A DNA stretch of 64,000 bases from Terriglobia bacterium. GTDB taxonomy: Bacteria > Acidobacteriota > Polarisedimenticolia > Polarisedimenticolales > JAIQFR01. The stretch lies in NCBI GenBank assembly GCA_963748015.1, contig CAVVHE010000009.1:416001-480000 (forward strand). The letters are read 5' to 3'. Positions 9,500-20,700 of this stretch are shown in pieces (position 1 is the stretch's first letter; every line of letters starts with the position of its first letter). A model generated the notes under the pieces. The model was not told where the DNA came from and searched no databases. It saw only the letters and a list, made by a program, of their open reading frames with translations. The position numbers and the translations under genes were made by a program.

Positions 9500-11533
9500 A
9501 TGACCTTCGGACATCGCCTTGTTTTCCTTTCGATGGTCGCCGCCGCGGCGACGGCGCGCGCCAACGGGGCAGCCGGCGACCTGATGCCGCTTCCCGCGTC
9601 GATGGTCCCGGCCGAGGGCGCCATGGCGGTGACCGCAGGGTTCGCCGTCTCGACGGCGGAGTGCCGCGATGCGCGGGTGGCCGCGGCGGCGGCGCGCGCC
9701 GTTCGCCGCGTCGCCGCGCAGACGGGGCAGCCGCTCGTGGCGGGCGACGGCATTCCGGCGCTGGCGATCCGGTGCGGCGGCGATCCCCACGCGGTCCAGC
9801 AGGCGGTGGAGGACGAGAGCTACACGCTCTCCGTCACGCCGCAGGGGGCGCGGCTCGAGGCGCCGGCGCCCTACGGCGCGCTGCGCGGCTTGGAGACGTT
9901 CCTGCAGCTCATCGAGCCGGGCCCCGACGGCTGGCAGGTTCGCGCGACGCGGATCGAGGACCGGCCGCGCTTCCCCTGGCGCGGCCTCCTCGTCGACTCT
10001 TGCCGCCACTTCATGCCGGTCGAGGCCCTGAAGCGGAACCTCGACGCGATGGCGGCGGTCAAGCTCAACGTCCTTCACTGGCACCTCTCCGAGAACCAGG
10101 GGTTCCGCGTCGAGAGCCGCAAGTACCCTCGCCTCCACGAGCTCGGCTCGGACGGCGAGTTCTACACGCAGGCCGAGATCAAGGACGTCGTCGCCTACGC
10201 CCGCGATCGCGGGATCCGCGTGATGCCCGAGTTCGACCTGCCCGGCCACTCGACGGCGTGGTTCGTGGGGCATCCCGAGCTGGCCGCGGCGCCGGGGCCT
10301 TACTCCGTCGAGCGGGGCTGGGGGGTCTTCGACCCGACCATGGATCCCACCCGCGAGGAGGTCTACCGCTTCCTCGACCGGTTCTTCGGCGAGATGGCGG
10401 GGCTCTTCCCCGATCCCTACGTCCACGTCGGGGGCGACGAGGTGAACGGGAAGCAGTGGGACGCGAGCCCGGGAATCGCCGCGTTCAAGAAGGCCCGCGG
10501 CATCGAGAGCAACGCGGCCCTGCAGGCCCAGTTCAACTCGCGCCTCGAGAAGATCGTTTCGAAGCACGGGAAGAAGATGGTCGGCTGGGACGAGATCCTC
10601 GAACCGTCGCTGCCGAAGGACATCGTCGTGCAGTCGTGGCGTGGTCCCGCCTCGCTCGCGGAGGCCGCATCGAGAGGCTTCTCGGGAATCCTCTCGAGCG
10701 GGTGGTACCTCGACTACATGCTTCCCGCCGCGACGCACTACGCGGTGGACCCGTTCGGCAAGCAGGCCGCGGCCCTTCCAGCCGACGCCCGCGCGCGCAT
10801 CCTCGGCGGCGAGGCCTGCATGTGGAACGAGTTCGTGACCGCCGAGATGCTCGACGGGAGGATCTGGCCGCGCATGGCGGCGATCGCCGAGCGCCTCTGG
10901 TCTCCCGCCGCCGTCACCGACGTCGACGACATGTACCGCCGCCTCGAGAGCCAGAGCCAGCGGCTCGACGCGCTCGGCCTGACGCACCGCACCGGGCCGC
11001 GCCGCATGTTGCTGCGGCTCGCGGCCGGGCGCCCCCCGCAGCCGCTCGAGGCGTTCGCCGCGCTGCTGGAGCCGGTCAAGAACTACGAGCGCCCGCGCAC
11101 CAGGGCCTACACGAGCCGGACGCCCCTCAACCGCCTCGTGGACGCCGTTCCACCCGAGAGCGACGCCGCCCGCCGCTTCGCGCGCCTCGTGGACCGCTTC
11201 CTCGCGAGCGGCGCGCGCGGTGAGGGGCGCGAGGAGATCGCGGAGACGCTCGCGGAGTGGAGCCGCCTGCGCCAGGCGCTCGAGCCGGTCCTCGCGGGAA
11301 ACCCGATGCTCGCCGAGGCCGAGCCGATCGCGGCGGATCTCTCCGCCGCGGCCGCGGCCGCGCTCCGCGCGCTCGACGGAGCCTCCGGTCCCGTCGTGGA
11401 GGACGCCTCTCTCCTCTCGCGGCTTGCGTCGCCGCGCGCCGAGCTGCTCCTGCAGGTCGCGTCGCCGATCCGCAAGCTCGTCGAGTCCCGCGGGGAGGGA
11501 AAGCTCGCCGCGATCCTGCCGGAGGCGCGATGA
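9500..11533 (+). CDS. Beta-N-acetylhexosaminidase, GH20, secreted
   Basis: DESYTL, IEDRPRFPWRG, NVLHWHL, PEFDLPGH, HVGGDE catalytic motif, GGEACMW, AERLWS; signal peptide. Confidence 0.95.
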   Translation: MTFGHRLVFLSMVAAAATARANGAAGDLMPLPASMVPAEGAMAVTAGFAVSTAECRDARVAAAAARAVRRVAAQTGQPLVAGDGIPALAIRCGGDPHAVQQAVEDESYTLSVTPQGARLEAPAPYGALRGLETFLQLIEPGPDGWQVRATRIEDRPRFPWRGLLVDSCRHFMPVEALKRNLDAMAAVKLNVLHWHLSENQGFRVESRKYPRLHELGSDGEFYTQAEIKDVVAYARDRGIRVMPEFDLPGHSTAWFVGHPELAAAPGPYSVERGWGVFDPTMDPTREEVYRFLDRFFGEMAGLFPDPYVHVGGDEVNGKQWDASPGIAAFKKARGIESNAALQAQFNSRLEKIVSKHGKKMVGWDEILEPSLPKDIVVQSWRGPASLAEAASRGFSGILSSGWYLDYMLPAATHYAVDPFGKQAAALPADARARILGGEACMWNEFVTAEMLDGRIWPRMAAIAERLWSPAAVTDVDDMYRRLESQSQRLDALGLTHRTGPRRMLLRLAAGRPPQPLEAFAALLEPVKNYERPRTRAYTSRTPLNRLVDAVPPESDAARRFARLVDRFLASGARGEGREEIAETLAEWSRLRQALEPVLAGNPMLAEAEPIAADLSAAAAAALRALDGASGPVVEDASLLSRLASPRAELLLQVASPIRKLVESRGEGKLAAILPEAR

Positions 11534-14500
11534 CCATGGGACGCTTCGCTCGCACGGTCTCGCGCGCCGCGCTCGCTCTCGCGGCCGCGATCGCGGTCCA
11601 AGCTCCCGCCGCGGCTGCGGAGCCGCAGGCGCCGCCCATCAAGGTCGCGATCTTCGAGGCGCCGGGCTTCCCGGCCGCGGACGCCCCCCCGACGGACCCC
11701 GTCGCGCTGCGCGACGCCCTCGCCGGGTGCGACGTGTCGCTGCTCGGTCTCGATGGCCTCGCCGTGCGGCTCTCGAAGGACCGCCCGGACGTGCTCGTGC
11801 TCCCGTACGGCTCGGCGTTCCCGAAGGACGCGTGGCCCGCGATCCTGCGTTACCTCGAGGCGGGCGGGAGCTGGCTCAACCTGGGGGGCGCGCCGTTCAC
11901 GGTTCCCGTGGTCCTCGAAGCGGGCAAGTGGCGCGCGGAGACGCGCCGCACCGCCTATCACAAGGAGCTCGGTATCACGCAGATCGTCCCGGTGGACGCC
12001 GCCGGGCTCTCGATGGCACCCGCTCCGGATGCGCCGGACGCCGCGCGCGCCCTGGCGGAAGGGTACCGCGCGAGCCGCGTGTTCGAGCTGGTCGTCCGCC
12101 TCGCGAGCCGCAAGCGCTACCCGAAGGAGGACGGATCGGACGGACCGCGAGAGGGACGCGTGACGCCGCTCGTGCACGCGCTCGATCGGGCCGGGCTCGC
12201 GCTCGCCGCGCCCGTCGTCGAGATCGACCGGCTCGAGGGACGGTTCGCGGGAGGCCGGTGGGTGCTCGTCACCGGGGACTCCGCGCTCTCGCCGACCGCC
12301 GTGCGCGCGCTGGTGGAGCGGGCCGCCGCGGGCGCGTCGGAGCTCTCGGTGCGGCCCGTGTACGCGGGCTTCCATCCCGGCGAGCAGCCCTCGCTGACCG
12401 TCGCTTTCCGGCGCCCGGGCCGGAGCGCTCTCGCCGCGATCGCGGGAGCGCTGCGGGTCGAGGTCCGAGACCGGCAGGGCGGCGTCCTCGCGCAGGCGAC
12501 CGCGACGCTCGAGGGAGAGGGCGAGACGGCCTCGGCACGCATTCTCCTGACCCCGCCGAAGGGAGGCGAATTCTCCCGCGGCCTCAACGAGGTCCTGGTC
12601 GAGTTGCCGGTCAAGGCCACCGGGGCCGCGGCGGCCGAGCCGCTGCGAGCGCGAACCGGCTTCTGGATCTACGACGCCGCGATGCTGCAGGGAGGGCGCC
12701 CGATCGCCGCCGGCCGAGACTACCTCCTCCGCGACGGAAAGCCGTTCCCCGTCACCGGCACGACCTACATGGCCTCCGACGTCCACCGGCGCTTCCTCCT
12801 CGAGCCGAATCCGTCGCTCTGGGAGCGCGACTTCGCCGCGATGGCCGCCGCCGGCGTGAACCTCGTGCGCACCGGGATCTGGACCGGCTTCAAGGAGCAC
12901 GCCACGGAGGTCGCGGAGCCGCGCGAGGGGGTGCTACGCGCCGCGGAGGTCTTCCTCCTGACCGCGCGCGCGCATGACATGCCGGTGATCTTCACGCTGT
13001 TCTCGTTCGTGCCCGAGTCCTGGGGCGGCGTGAACCCTTACGTGGACGCCTGGTCCATCGCGGCGCAGTCGCGGTTCGCCGGCGCGTTCGCGCGGCGCCT
13101 CGCCGGCGCCCGGGACCTCGCCTGGGACCTGATCAACGAGCCGTCGTTCAGCTCCCCCGACCGCCTCTGGCAGTGCCGCCCGAACTACGACGCGCGCGAG
13201 GAGATCGCCTGGAGCGCGTGGCTGCGCGACACGGTGCCCGCGAAGGACGATGCCGAGCGGTCGCGCCTCCTCGCCGACCGCTGGGGCGGGACCCCCGGCG
13301 AGAGCGAGAAGCTGCCGTCCCTCGACGACTTCGGCGACCGCAACCTCTTCGGCGCCGCGCGGCCGATGAAGGCGGCCGACTACCGCCGCTTCGCGCAGGA
13401 GGCCTTCAAGCTCTGGGCGAGCCAGCTCTCCGGCGCGATCCGGGAGGCCGGCTCGCGCCAGCCGGTCACCGTCGGCCAGGACGAGGGAGGCGTCGTCGAG
13501 CGTCCCAACCCGCTCTTCTTCGGCGACTCGGTGGACTTCACCACGAACCACACCTGGTGGAACAACGACGCGCTCCTCTGGGACGCGCTCATGACGAAGC
13601 GTCCCGACCGCCCGAACCTGATCGAGGAGACGGGGCTGATGGTCTACGAGCGGCCGGACGGGACGGTCTGGCGCGACGACCTCGAGGCCCGCGATCTCCT
13701 GGAGCGGAAGCTGGCCCTCGCGATCGGGAGCGGCGCGGCCGGCTTCGTCCAGTGGCTGTGGAACGTGAACGTCTACATGCCGAGCGACAACGAGGCCGGG
13801 ATCGGGTTCCTCCGCGCCGACGGCACCGCGCGGCCGGAGCTCGCGCCGTTCACCGGGCTCGCCCGCTTCGCGGCGCGGCACCGCGACCTCTTCGCCGGTC
13901 CGGTGCCCGAGGAGGTCGTGCTGGTCGCGCCGCATTCCGACCTGTTCTCGGCGCGAGGCTCGATGGCCGCCGCGACCCAGCGCGCGGTTCGCACCCTGGA
14001 GTACGCGCTCGGAACGCCAGTCCGGGTGGTCGCCGAGCACGCCGTTGGCGAGCTGCTCGGCGCGCCGAAGATGATCCTGCTCCCGTCGCCCCGCCTCCTC
14101 CGGCAGCCTTCGTGGGAGGCCCTGCTCGCCGCGGTCTCGCGCGGCGCCACCCTGCTCGTGACGGGGCCGTTCGACCGCGACGAGTACGAGCGCCCGGTGG
14201 ACCGCTCGCGGGCGCTCGGCGTCCCCGCCGATCCGCGGCCGGTGGCCCCCGAGGAGGAGCTGGCGATCGCGGGACGGCTTCTGCGCGTTCCCTTCCGCGG
14301 AGGGAAGCTCGAGCGGGTCGAGACGGCCGTCTTCGCCGAGGGAGAGCCCGGGACCGTGAAGGTGATCCCGCGAGGCAAGGGGGCGATCGTCTGGTCGCCG
14401 GTCCCGGTCGAGCTGTCCGAAGACCCGGCGCCGGCGGCGGCCCTGTACGCCTTCGCGCTCGAGCGCGCCGGCATCGCGCGGACGCTCGGCTCCGCCGGCA

Positions 14501-14721
14501 CGCCGGATCAAGCGCTCCTGGCGCGTCCTATCGTCTTCGAGAAAGCGGTCCTTTTCACGATCGTCAACGAGAGCAGCCGGGCCAGGACGGCCGAGCTGAG
14601 AGCGGGAAATGCGGCCGCGCCCGTCGCGATCACCGTCCCCGCGGGACGCGCGGCGCTGATCTTCGTGGACCGAGCGACCGGCTCGGTCCTCGGCAGGTAT
14701 CCCGAGGAGGAGAAGCCATGA
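11530..14721 (+). CDS. Large secreted clan GH-A glycoside hydrolase (GH5/GH42-like)
   Basis: ATGA overlap with GH20 stop; signal peptide; GVNLVRTGIW, WDLINEP (acid/base), LIEETG (candidate nucleophile); GH42-like C-terminal region. Confidence 0.75.
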   Translation: MTMGRFARTVSRAALALAAAIAVQAPAAAAEPQAPPIKVAIFEAPGFPAADAPPTDPVALRDALAGCDVSLLGLDGLAVRLSKDRPDVLVLPYGSAFPKDAWPAILRYLEAGGSWLNLGGAPFTVPVVLEAGKWRAETRRTAYHKELGITQIVPVDAAGLSMAPAPDAPDAARALAEGYRASRVFELVVRLASRKRYPKEDGSDGPREGRVTPLVHALDRAGLALAAPVVEIDRLEGRFAGGRWVLVTGDSALSPTAVRALVERAAAGASELSVRPVYAGFHPGEQPSLTVAFRRPGRSALAAIAGALRVEVRDRQGGVLAQATATLEGEGETASARILLTPPKGGEFSRGLNEVLVELPVKATGAAAAEPLRARTGFWIYDAAMLQGGRPIAAGRDYLLRDGKPFPVTGTTYMASDVHRRFLLEPNPSLWERDFAAMAAAGVNLVRTGIWTGFKEHATEVAEPREGVLRAAEVFLLTARAHDMPVIFTLFSFVPESWGGVNPYVDAWSIAAQSRFAGAFARRLAGARDLAWDLINEPSFSSPDRLWQCRPNYDAREEIAWSAWLRDTVPAKDDAERSRLLADRWGGTPGESEKLPSLDDFGDRNLFGAARPMKAADYRRFAQEAFKLWASQLSGAIREAGSRQPVTVGQDEGGVVERPNPLFFGDSVDFTTNHTWWNNDALLWDALMTKRPDRPNLIEETGLMVYERPDGTVWRDDLEARDLLERKLALAIGSGAAGFVQWLWNVNVYMPSDNEAGIGFLRADGTARPELAPFTGLARFAARHRDLFAGPVPEEVVLVAPHSDLFSARGSMAAATQRAVRTLEYALGTPVRVVAEHAVGELLGAPKMILLPSPRLLRQPSWEALLAAVSRGATLLVTGPFDRDEYERPVDRSRALGVPADPRPVAPEEELAIAGRLLRVPFRGGKLERVETAVFAEGEPGTVKVIPRGKGAIVWSPVPVELSEDPAPAAALYAFALERAGIARTLGSAGTPDQALLARPIVFEKAVLFTIVNESSRARTAELRAGNAAAPVAITVPAGRAALIFVDRATGSVLGRYPEEEKP

Positions 14722-15485
14722 ACCGCGACATCGTCTTCGAGGCCTGCGTCGATTCCGTCGAGTCCGCCCTCGCCGCGCAGGACGGCGGCGCGCACCGCGT
14801 CGAGCTGTGCAGCGACCTTCTCGAGGGAGGCCTCACCCCGAGCTTCGGCATGCTGCAGGTCGCGCGCGCATCGCTCCGGATCCCGGTCATGGTGATGATC
14901 CGGCCGCGCGGCGGCGACTTCCTGTACACCGACCGGGAGTTCCGGGCGATGCTCCACGACGTCGCGATGGCGAAGGACGCCGGCGCCGCCGGCGTCGTGT
15001 TCGGTTTCCTCGAGCCCGACGGGACCGTGGACGCGACGCGGACGCGGGAGCTGTGCGATCTCGCCCGGCCGCTCTCCGTGACCTTCCACCGGGCCTTCGA
15101 CATGACACGCGATCCGTTCGAGGCGCTGGAGGCGCTCGCGGAAATCGGCGTGGACCGGATCCTGACCTCGGGACAGGAAGCGACCGTCATCGAAGGGCTC
15201 GACCTCATCGCCTCCCTCGTCGGGCGAGCGGGGGACCGGCTCGTCGTCATGCCCGGCGGCGGGATCACCGAGCGCAACGTCTCCCGCGTGGCCGCGATCC
15301 CCGGAATCCGCGAGATCCACTTCGGCGGCGGCGCGCCGGTCGAGAGCGGGATGGCGTTCCGGAACGGAAGGGTCTTCATGGGCGGGGTCCTGCGCCCCGC
15401 CGAGTACGCGCGCGACGTGCAGCGCCCCGAGGCGGTCGCGGAGCTCGTGCGTGCCGCCCACGACACCGATCGGACCGGCTCCTAG
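14718..15485 (+). CDS. cutC: CutC family protein
   Basis: EACVDS, GAHRVELC..L.EGGLTPS, MIRPRGGDF, TFHRAFD, RILTSG, MPGGGI. Confidence 0.93.
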   Translation: MNRDIVFEACVDSVESALAAQDGGAHRVELCSDLLEGGLTPSFGMLQVARASLRIPVMVMIRPRGGDFLYTDREFRAMLHDVAMAKDAGAAGVVFGFLEPDGTVDATRTRELCDLARPLSVTFHRAFDMTRDPFEALEALAEIGVDRILTSGQEATVIEGLDLIASLVGRAGDRLVVMPGGGITERNVSRVAAIPGIREIHFGGGAPVESGMAFRNGRVFMGGVLRPAEYARDVQRPEAVAELVRAAHDTDRTGS

Positions 15486-15494
15486 GAAACGCCG

Positions 15495-17750
15495 ATGACG
15501 CACCGCCTTGTTCCCCGGCTCCTCCTCGCGGCTGCCTTCCTCGCGGCGGGCGCGCCCGCGCTCTCCGAGGAGACCCACCTGGTCTCCGACGCCGCGCTCC
15601 GCGCGCGGATCGAGAAGCAGCTCGCGAGGCAGCGGACGCTCGCGGCGCGGCGGGACAAGGTCCTGTTCGGCGTCCTGCGCCGGCCGCTCGCGACGGAGGA
15701 GCGCGAGGCGCTCGAGTACCTCTTCGCGTTCATGCCCCTGTCGGACCTCGCGGACTACGACGGCGAGTACTACCTCAAGGTCGTTCGAGCGACGCTCGAG
15801 GCGCGGCGGGAGCTGCCGTGGGCGAAGCGGGTGCCGGAGGAGATCTTCCTCCGCTACGTCCTGCCGCACCGGGTCAACACCGAGAACCTCGACGACGCGA
15901 GGCCGCTGCTTCTCGCGGAGCTCTCGGACCGCGTCAAGGGACTCGCGCTCGAGGACGCGGTCCTCGAGGTGAACCACTGGTGCCACGAGAGGGTGAACTA
16001 CAAGGGCAGCGACACGCGCACCTCGGGGCCGCTGGCCACGCTCCGTACGTCGTGGGGGCGCTGCGGCGAGGAGAGCACACTGGTCGTCGCCGCGCTGCGA
16101 GCCGTCTCCATCCCCGCGCGGCAGGTCTACGCGCCGCGCTGGGCCCACGTGGACGACAACCACGCGTGGGTCGAGGCGTGGGTGGACGGCAGGTGGCGCT
16201 ATCTCGGCGCGTGCGAGCCCGAGCCCTCGCTCGACATGGCCTGGTTCCGCGAGCCGGCTCGGCGCGCGATGCTGGTGCACACGAAGGCGATGGGAGGCGG
16301 CGCGCGTCCCGAGGAGAAGATCCGCTCGACGCCGTGGTTCGACGAGATCAACGTGCTCTCCGCCTACGCCCCCGCCGTGACCCGCACGGTCCGGGTGGTG
16401 GACGGCGAGGGGAAGCCGGTCGAGGGCGCCACCGTGGAGTTCGGCCTCTACAACTACGCCGAGTTCTACCCGCTCGCGGCGAAGCTCACCGGCGCGGACG
16501 GGAAGGCGGCGCTGGCGACCGGAAAGGGAGATCTCAGGATCTGGGCGGTCAAGGGAAGCGCGGCCGGGTACCGCAAGCTCACGGCATCCGAGAGAGAGGC
16601 GTCGGTGACGCTCCGTCCCTTCGACGCGGCCGAGCGCGTGGAGGACCTCGACCTGTCGCCCCCCGCGCAGCCGCCCCCCGATCCGGTGCCGGTGAGCGCC
16701 GAGGCGCGCGAGTGGAACGACCGCCGCCTCGCCCATGAGAACCGCCTGCGCGAAGACTACGTCGCGACCTTCGCGACCGAGGCGGGAAGCAGAGCACTCG
16801 CCAAGGACCTCGGACTCGATCCCCAGGCCCTCGGGCCCTTGCTTCGGAAGAGCCAGGGGAACTGGCGTCACCTCGAGGGGTTCCTTCGCGGCGTTCCCGA
16901 GAAGCAGCGAGCGTGGGGCCTGCTGCTCCTGGGCACGCTGAGCGAGAAGGACCTGCGGGACACGCCGGCGGTCGTGCTGAGAGACCATCTCGACCACGCC
17001 CTCGCGCGAAAGCCCGCGAAGGAGGCGGCGGACAGGAGCCTTTTCGTGTCCTACGTGCTCGCGCCCCGCATCGCCGACGAGCTGCTGCGGCCGTGGCGCG
17101 GCTACCTGCAACACGCGTTCGACACGGCGTCGCTGTCGCAATTCCGGCGCGACCCGGCGAGCGCGGTGGCCTGGGTGCGGGAAAACATCCGGATCGACGA
17201 GGGCGCCAACTACTACGGCGTGCCGGTGAGCCCGAGAGGGGTCCACGAGCTGCGTGTCGCCGACCGCCCGAGCCGCGACATCTTCCTCGTCGCCCTCTGC
17301 CGGGCGGCGGGAGCTCCCGCGCGGCTCGAGCCCGCGACAAGGCGCCCGCAGATTTTTCGCGGCGACGGATGGAAGACGGTCACCTGGGACGGCAAGCCTC
17401 CGGCGGTTCTCCCCGCCGGCCTCCTCTCGCTCGCCGGAAAGCCGGCGGTCCCTCCCGAGTACCCCGTGCACTTCGCCCTCGCGCGCTTCGACGGGGGGCG
17501 CTACGAGACGCTGGATTTCGAGGGAAAGCCGTGGAGCTTCTTCGAGACGCCTCTCGGGCTGCCCGCCGGTGATTACGTCTTGACCACGGGGTTCCGAAGC
17601 AAGGACGGGAGCGTCCTGGTCCGCCAGCGCTTCTTCCCGCTCGCGGCCGGGGAGGCCCGCACGGTGCCCTTCGAAATTCGCAGGCCCGTCGAGGAAAAGG
17701 CCCAGCCGGAATCGGCGCGAGAGCCCGAGCGCCCGAGGGAGCCTCGATGA
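15495..17750 (+). CDS. Secreted transglutaminase-like domain protein (Png1/PNGase-like catalytic core)
   Basis: Signal peptide; YVLPHRV..E, WGRCGEE, NHAWVEAW, W.YLGACEPE; second degenerate transglutaminase-like repeat. Confidence 0.85.
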   Translation: MTHRLVPRLLLAAAFLAAGAPALSEETHLVSDAALRARIEKQLARQRTLAARRDKVLFGVLRRPLATEEREALEYLFAFMPLSDLADYDGEYYLKVVRATLEARRELPWAKRVPEEIFLRYVLPHRVNTENLDDARPLLLAELSDRVKGLALEDAVLEVNHWCHERVNYKGSDTRTSGPLATLRTSWGRCGEESTLVVAALRAVSIPARQVYAPRWAHVDDNHAWVEAWVDGRWRYLGACEPEPSLDMAWFREPARRAMLVHTKAMGGGARPEEKIRSTPWFDEINVLSAYAPAVTRTVRVVDGEGKPVEGATVEFGLYNYAEFYPLAAKLTGADGKAALATGKGDLRIWAVKGSAAGYRKLTASEREASVTLRPFDAAERVEDLDLSPPAQPPPDPVPVSAEAREWNDRRLAHENRLREDYVATFATEAGSRALAKDLGLDPQALGPLLRKSQGNWRHLEGFLRGVPEKQRAWGLLLLGTLSEKDLRDTPAVVLRDHLDHALARKPAKEAADRSLFVSYVLAPRIADELLRPWRGYLQHAFDTASLSQFRRDPASAVAWVRENIRIDEGANYYGVPVSPRGVHELRVADRPSRDIFLVALCRAAGAPARLEPATRRPQIFRGDGWKTVTWDGKPPAVLPAGLLSLAGKPAVPPEYPVHFALARFDGGRYETLDFEGKPWSFFETPLGLPAGDYVLTTGFRSKDGSVLVRQRFFPLAAGEARTVPFEIRRPVEEKAQPESAREPERPREPR

Positions 17751-20700
17751 CGCGGCGCGCGGCAGCCGCCGCGGCGTTCCTCCTGCTCTCCGTCGTCGCG
17801 GCGCTCCCGGTCTCCTATGCCGCCGCCGTTGCCGGCCCCGATTCGCCGTGGCTCGCGGGCTACCGCCGCTCGCTCCACGGCGAGGTCCTCGGCTACCAGT
17901 CGCCGTACCCGGGGCCGACGCCGGCGCTCCTCGTGAGGACCACCGACGGGAAGATGTCGGCCTCGTGGGAGACCGACGCGGTGCCGGCCGGCTTCGACGG
18001 CGACGGCGCGACGTTCGCGTTCATGGTGGGACTCGCGTCGGGATACGGCGCCCACCGGTTCGATCTCAGCGTGAACGGCGAGCCCTGCTGCTCGTTCCGC
18101 TCCTCGCGCGACACCGGGGAGCGAGAGTGGACGGTCGCCGGGGCGCGCGGCGAGGCGCTGTCGTTCCGTACCACCCTCGTCGGCCACTTCAACGAGATGT
18201 TCGGCTTCATGTTCCTGAAGCTCCCCAGGGCGCTCTTGGCACCGGGGGCGCCGGTGCGCCTCGAGGTCACGGGGGAGGCCGCGGGGAGCCAGGACTACTT
18301 CATGGCGTTCGAGAAGCCGGCCGAGGCGTGGATCGAGACCCGCGCCGAGGAGGCCCTGGTCCGCACGGCGTCGGGGCCCGCGCAGCTCGTCCGCGTGGAC
18401 GTGAGCCACATCGCGCCGCCGGCCGACGTCGGGATCGAAGCGCCGGGGGCCGCTCCGCTACGCGGCCGGCTCGAGACGGGGTTCAACTCGTTCCACCTCG
18501 CGGTCCCCGCCGTGGACGGCGCGCGCTCTCTCGATCTCCGCGTGACGGTCGCCGGGCGACTGGCGAAGGTCGAATCGCTCCGCCTGCGCCCGGTGCGCCG
18601 GCGCGAGATCTGGCTGCTGCCGCACTCGCACGTGGACATCGGCTACTCCGACCCGCAGCCCGAGGTGGAGCGAAAGCAGGTCGCGAACCTCCGCGGAGTC
18701 CTCGACCTGATCCGCAAGACCGCGGCGTACCCGCCCGGCGCGCGCTTCCGCTGGACGAGCGAGGTGGCCTGGCCGGTCGAGCGCTTCCTCGCCGTCGCGA
18801 CGGAGGACGAGAAGCGGCAGCTCGCGGGGGCGCTGCGGGCCGGCTCGATCGAGATCGGAGCGTTCTACGCGAACGAGCTGACCGGGCTGTGCTCCCCCGA
18901 GGAGCTCGACCGGCTCACCGAGTTCGCGCGGCGGGCCGGACGCGACGCGGGGGCGCCCGTTCGGACCGCGATGATCACCGACATCCCGGGCGCCGCGTGG
19001 ACCGTCGTCCCCTCGCTCGCGAAGGCCGGCGTCCGCTACTTCTCGAGCGCGCCGAACTACATGCCGTTCCTTCCCGACCGCGGTGACCGGGTGGGAAACG
19101 TGCTCCGCGCGTGGGGGGACAAGCCGTTCTGGTGGGTCTCGCCGTCGGGGGGGGAGCGGGTGCTGTTCTGGATGGCCGGCCGCGGCTACTCGTGGTTCCA
19201 CGGGATGAACGCCGGGAAGTTCGGCCCGGAGATCCGCCGGCCTCTCCTCGATTACGCGAGCGACCTGGCGGACGCCGGCTACCCCTACGACCTCGTGCAG
19301 CTCCACTACACGATCGGCGGCGACAACGGCCCGCCCGACCCCGATCTGCCCGATCTCGTGAGGGGATGGAACGAGGAGTTCGAATCGCCCAGGATCGTGA
19401 TCGCGACGGCGGCCTCGGCGTTCGAGGAGCTCGAGCGGCGCCACGGCGACAAGCTGCCGTCGTTCGCCGGCGATCTCTCCCCGTACTGGGAGGACGGCGC
19501 GGCCTCGACGGCGCGCGAGACCGCCCTCAACCGGAACAGCTCGCGCCGTCTCGTCGAGGCCGAGACGCTGTGGGCGATGCTGGCGCCAGGGCGGTTCCCG
19601 GCCGAGTCGTTCCGCGACGCGTGGCGCGAGGTGCTGCTCTTCCACGAGCACACGTGGGGCGCCTGGAACAGCGTGTCGGACCCCGGCCGGCCCGAGGTCG
19701 TGGCCCAGTGGGAGTGGAAGAGAGCGCGGGCGGTCGAGGCCGACCGCCGGTCGCGCGACCTGGTGCCCATGGCGCTCCCGCTGCGCGCCTCCGCTCCGGC
19801 CGGCGGCGGAGGAGCGGTGGACGTGATCAACACCCTATCGTGGCCGCGCGGCGGCGTCGTACTCGTGCCTCGCGAGACGAGCGCCGCGGGCGACCGCGTG
19901 ACGGACGAGAGCGGACGCAAGCTCCCCTCGCAGCGACTCGCCTCGGGAGAGCTGGCGGTGCTCGTCGGCGAGGTGCCGGCGCTCGGCGCCGTGCGGCTCG
20001 TCGTGAGGGCAGGGGAGGCCCGCCGCTCCGGCCGGGCGCGCGCGGAGGGACGGGCGCTCGACAACGGCAGGATCCGCGCCGAGGTGGATCCTCGAACCGG
20101 AGCGATCTCGAGCCTCGTCCGGCGCGGCGAGCCGGGGAGCGACCTCGCGGGGGAGGGAGGCCTCGACGGCTACGTCTACGTGCCCGGCCGGGACCCGGCG
20201 CAGGCGCGCGCGAGCGGCGCGGCGAGCGTGACGATCGTGGACGCCGGGCCGCTGGTCGCCACGTTGCGGGTCGAGTCGGAGGCGCCGGGGGCGAAGCGTC
20301 TCGTTCGCGAGCTCCGCCTCGCCGAAGGCTCGGACACCCTCGAGGTGACCAACACGCTCGACAAGACGCCGGTCCGCGACAAGGAAAGCGTGCACTTCGC
20401 GTTCCCGTTCCGCGTGCCAGGCGGCGTCGCGCGCTTCGACCTCGGCGAGGCCGTCGTGCGCCCCGAAACGGACCAGCTCGCGGGCGCCTGCCGCGACTTT
20501 CTCGCCGCGCACTCGTCGGTGGATGTCTCGAACGCCGGCGGCGGCGTCACGCTGACCACCCTCGACGCCCCGCTCCTCGAGATCGGCGCGCTCACCGACG
20601 AGACGCTAGGGGAAAAGGACGTACGCACCTGGCGGACCGCGGCGGCGCCCGGCACGGCCGTCTACTCGTACGCGATGAACAACTACTGGCACACCAACTA

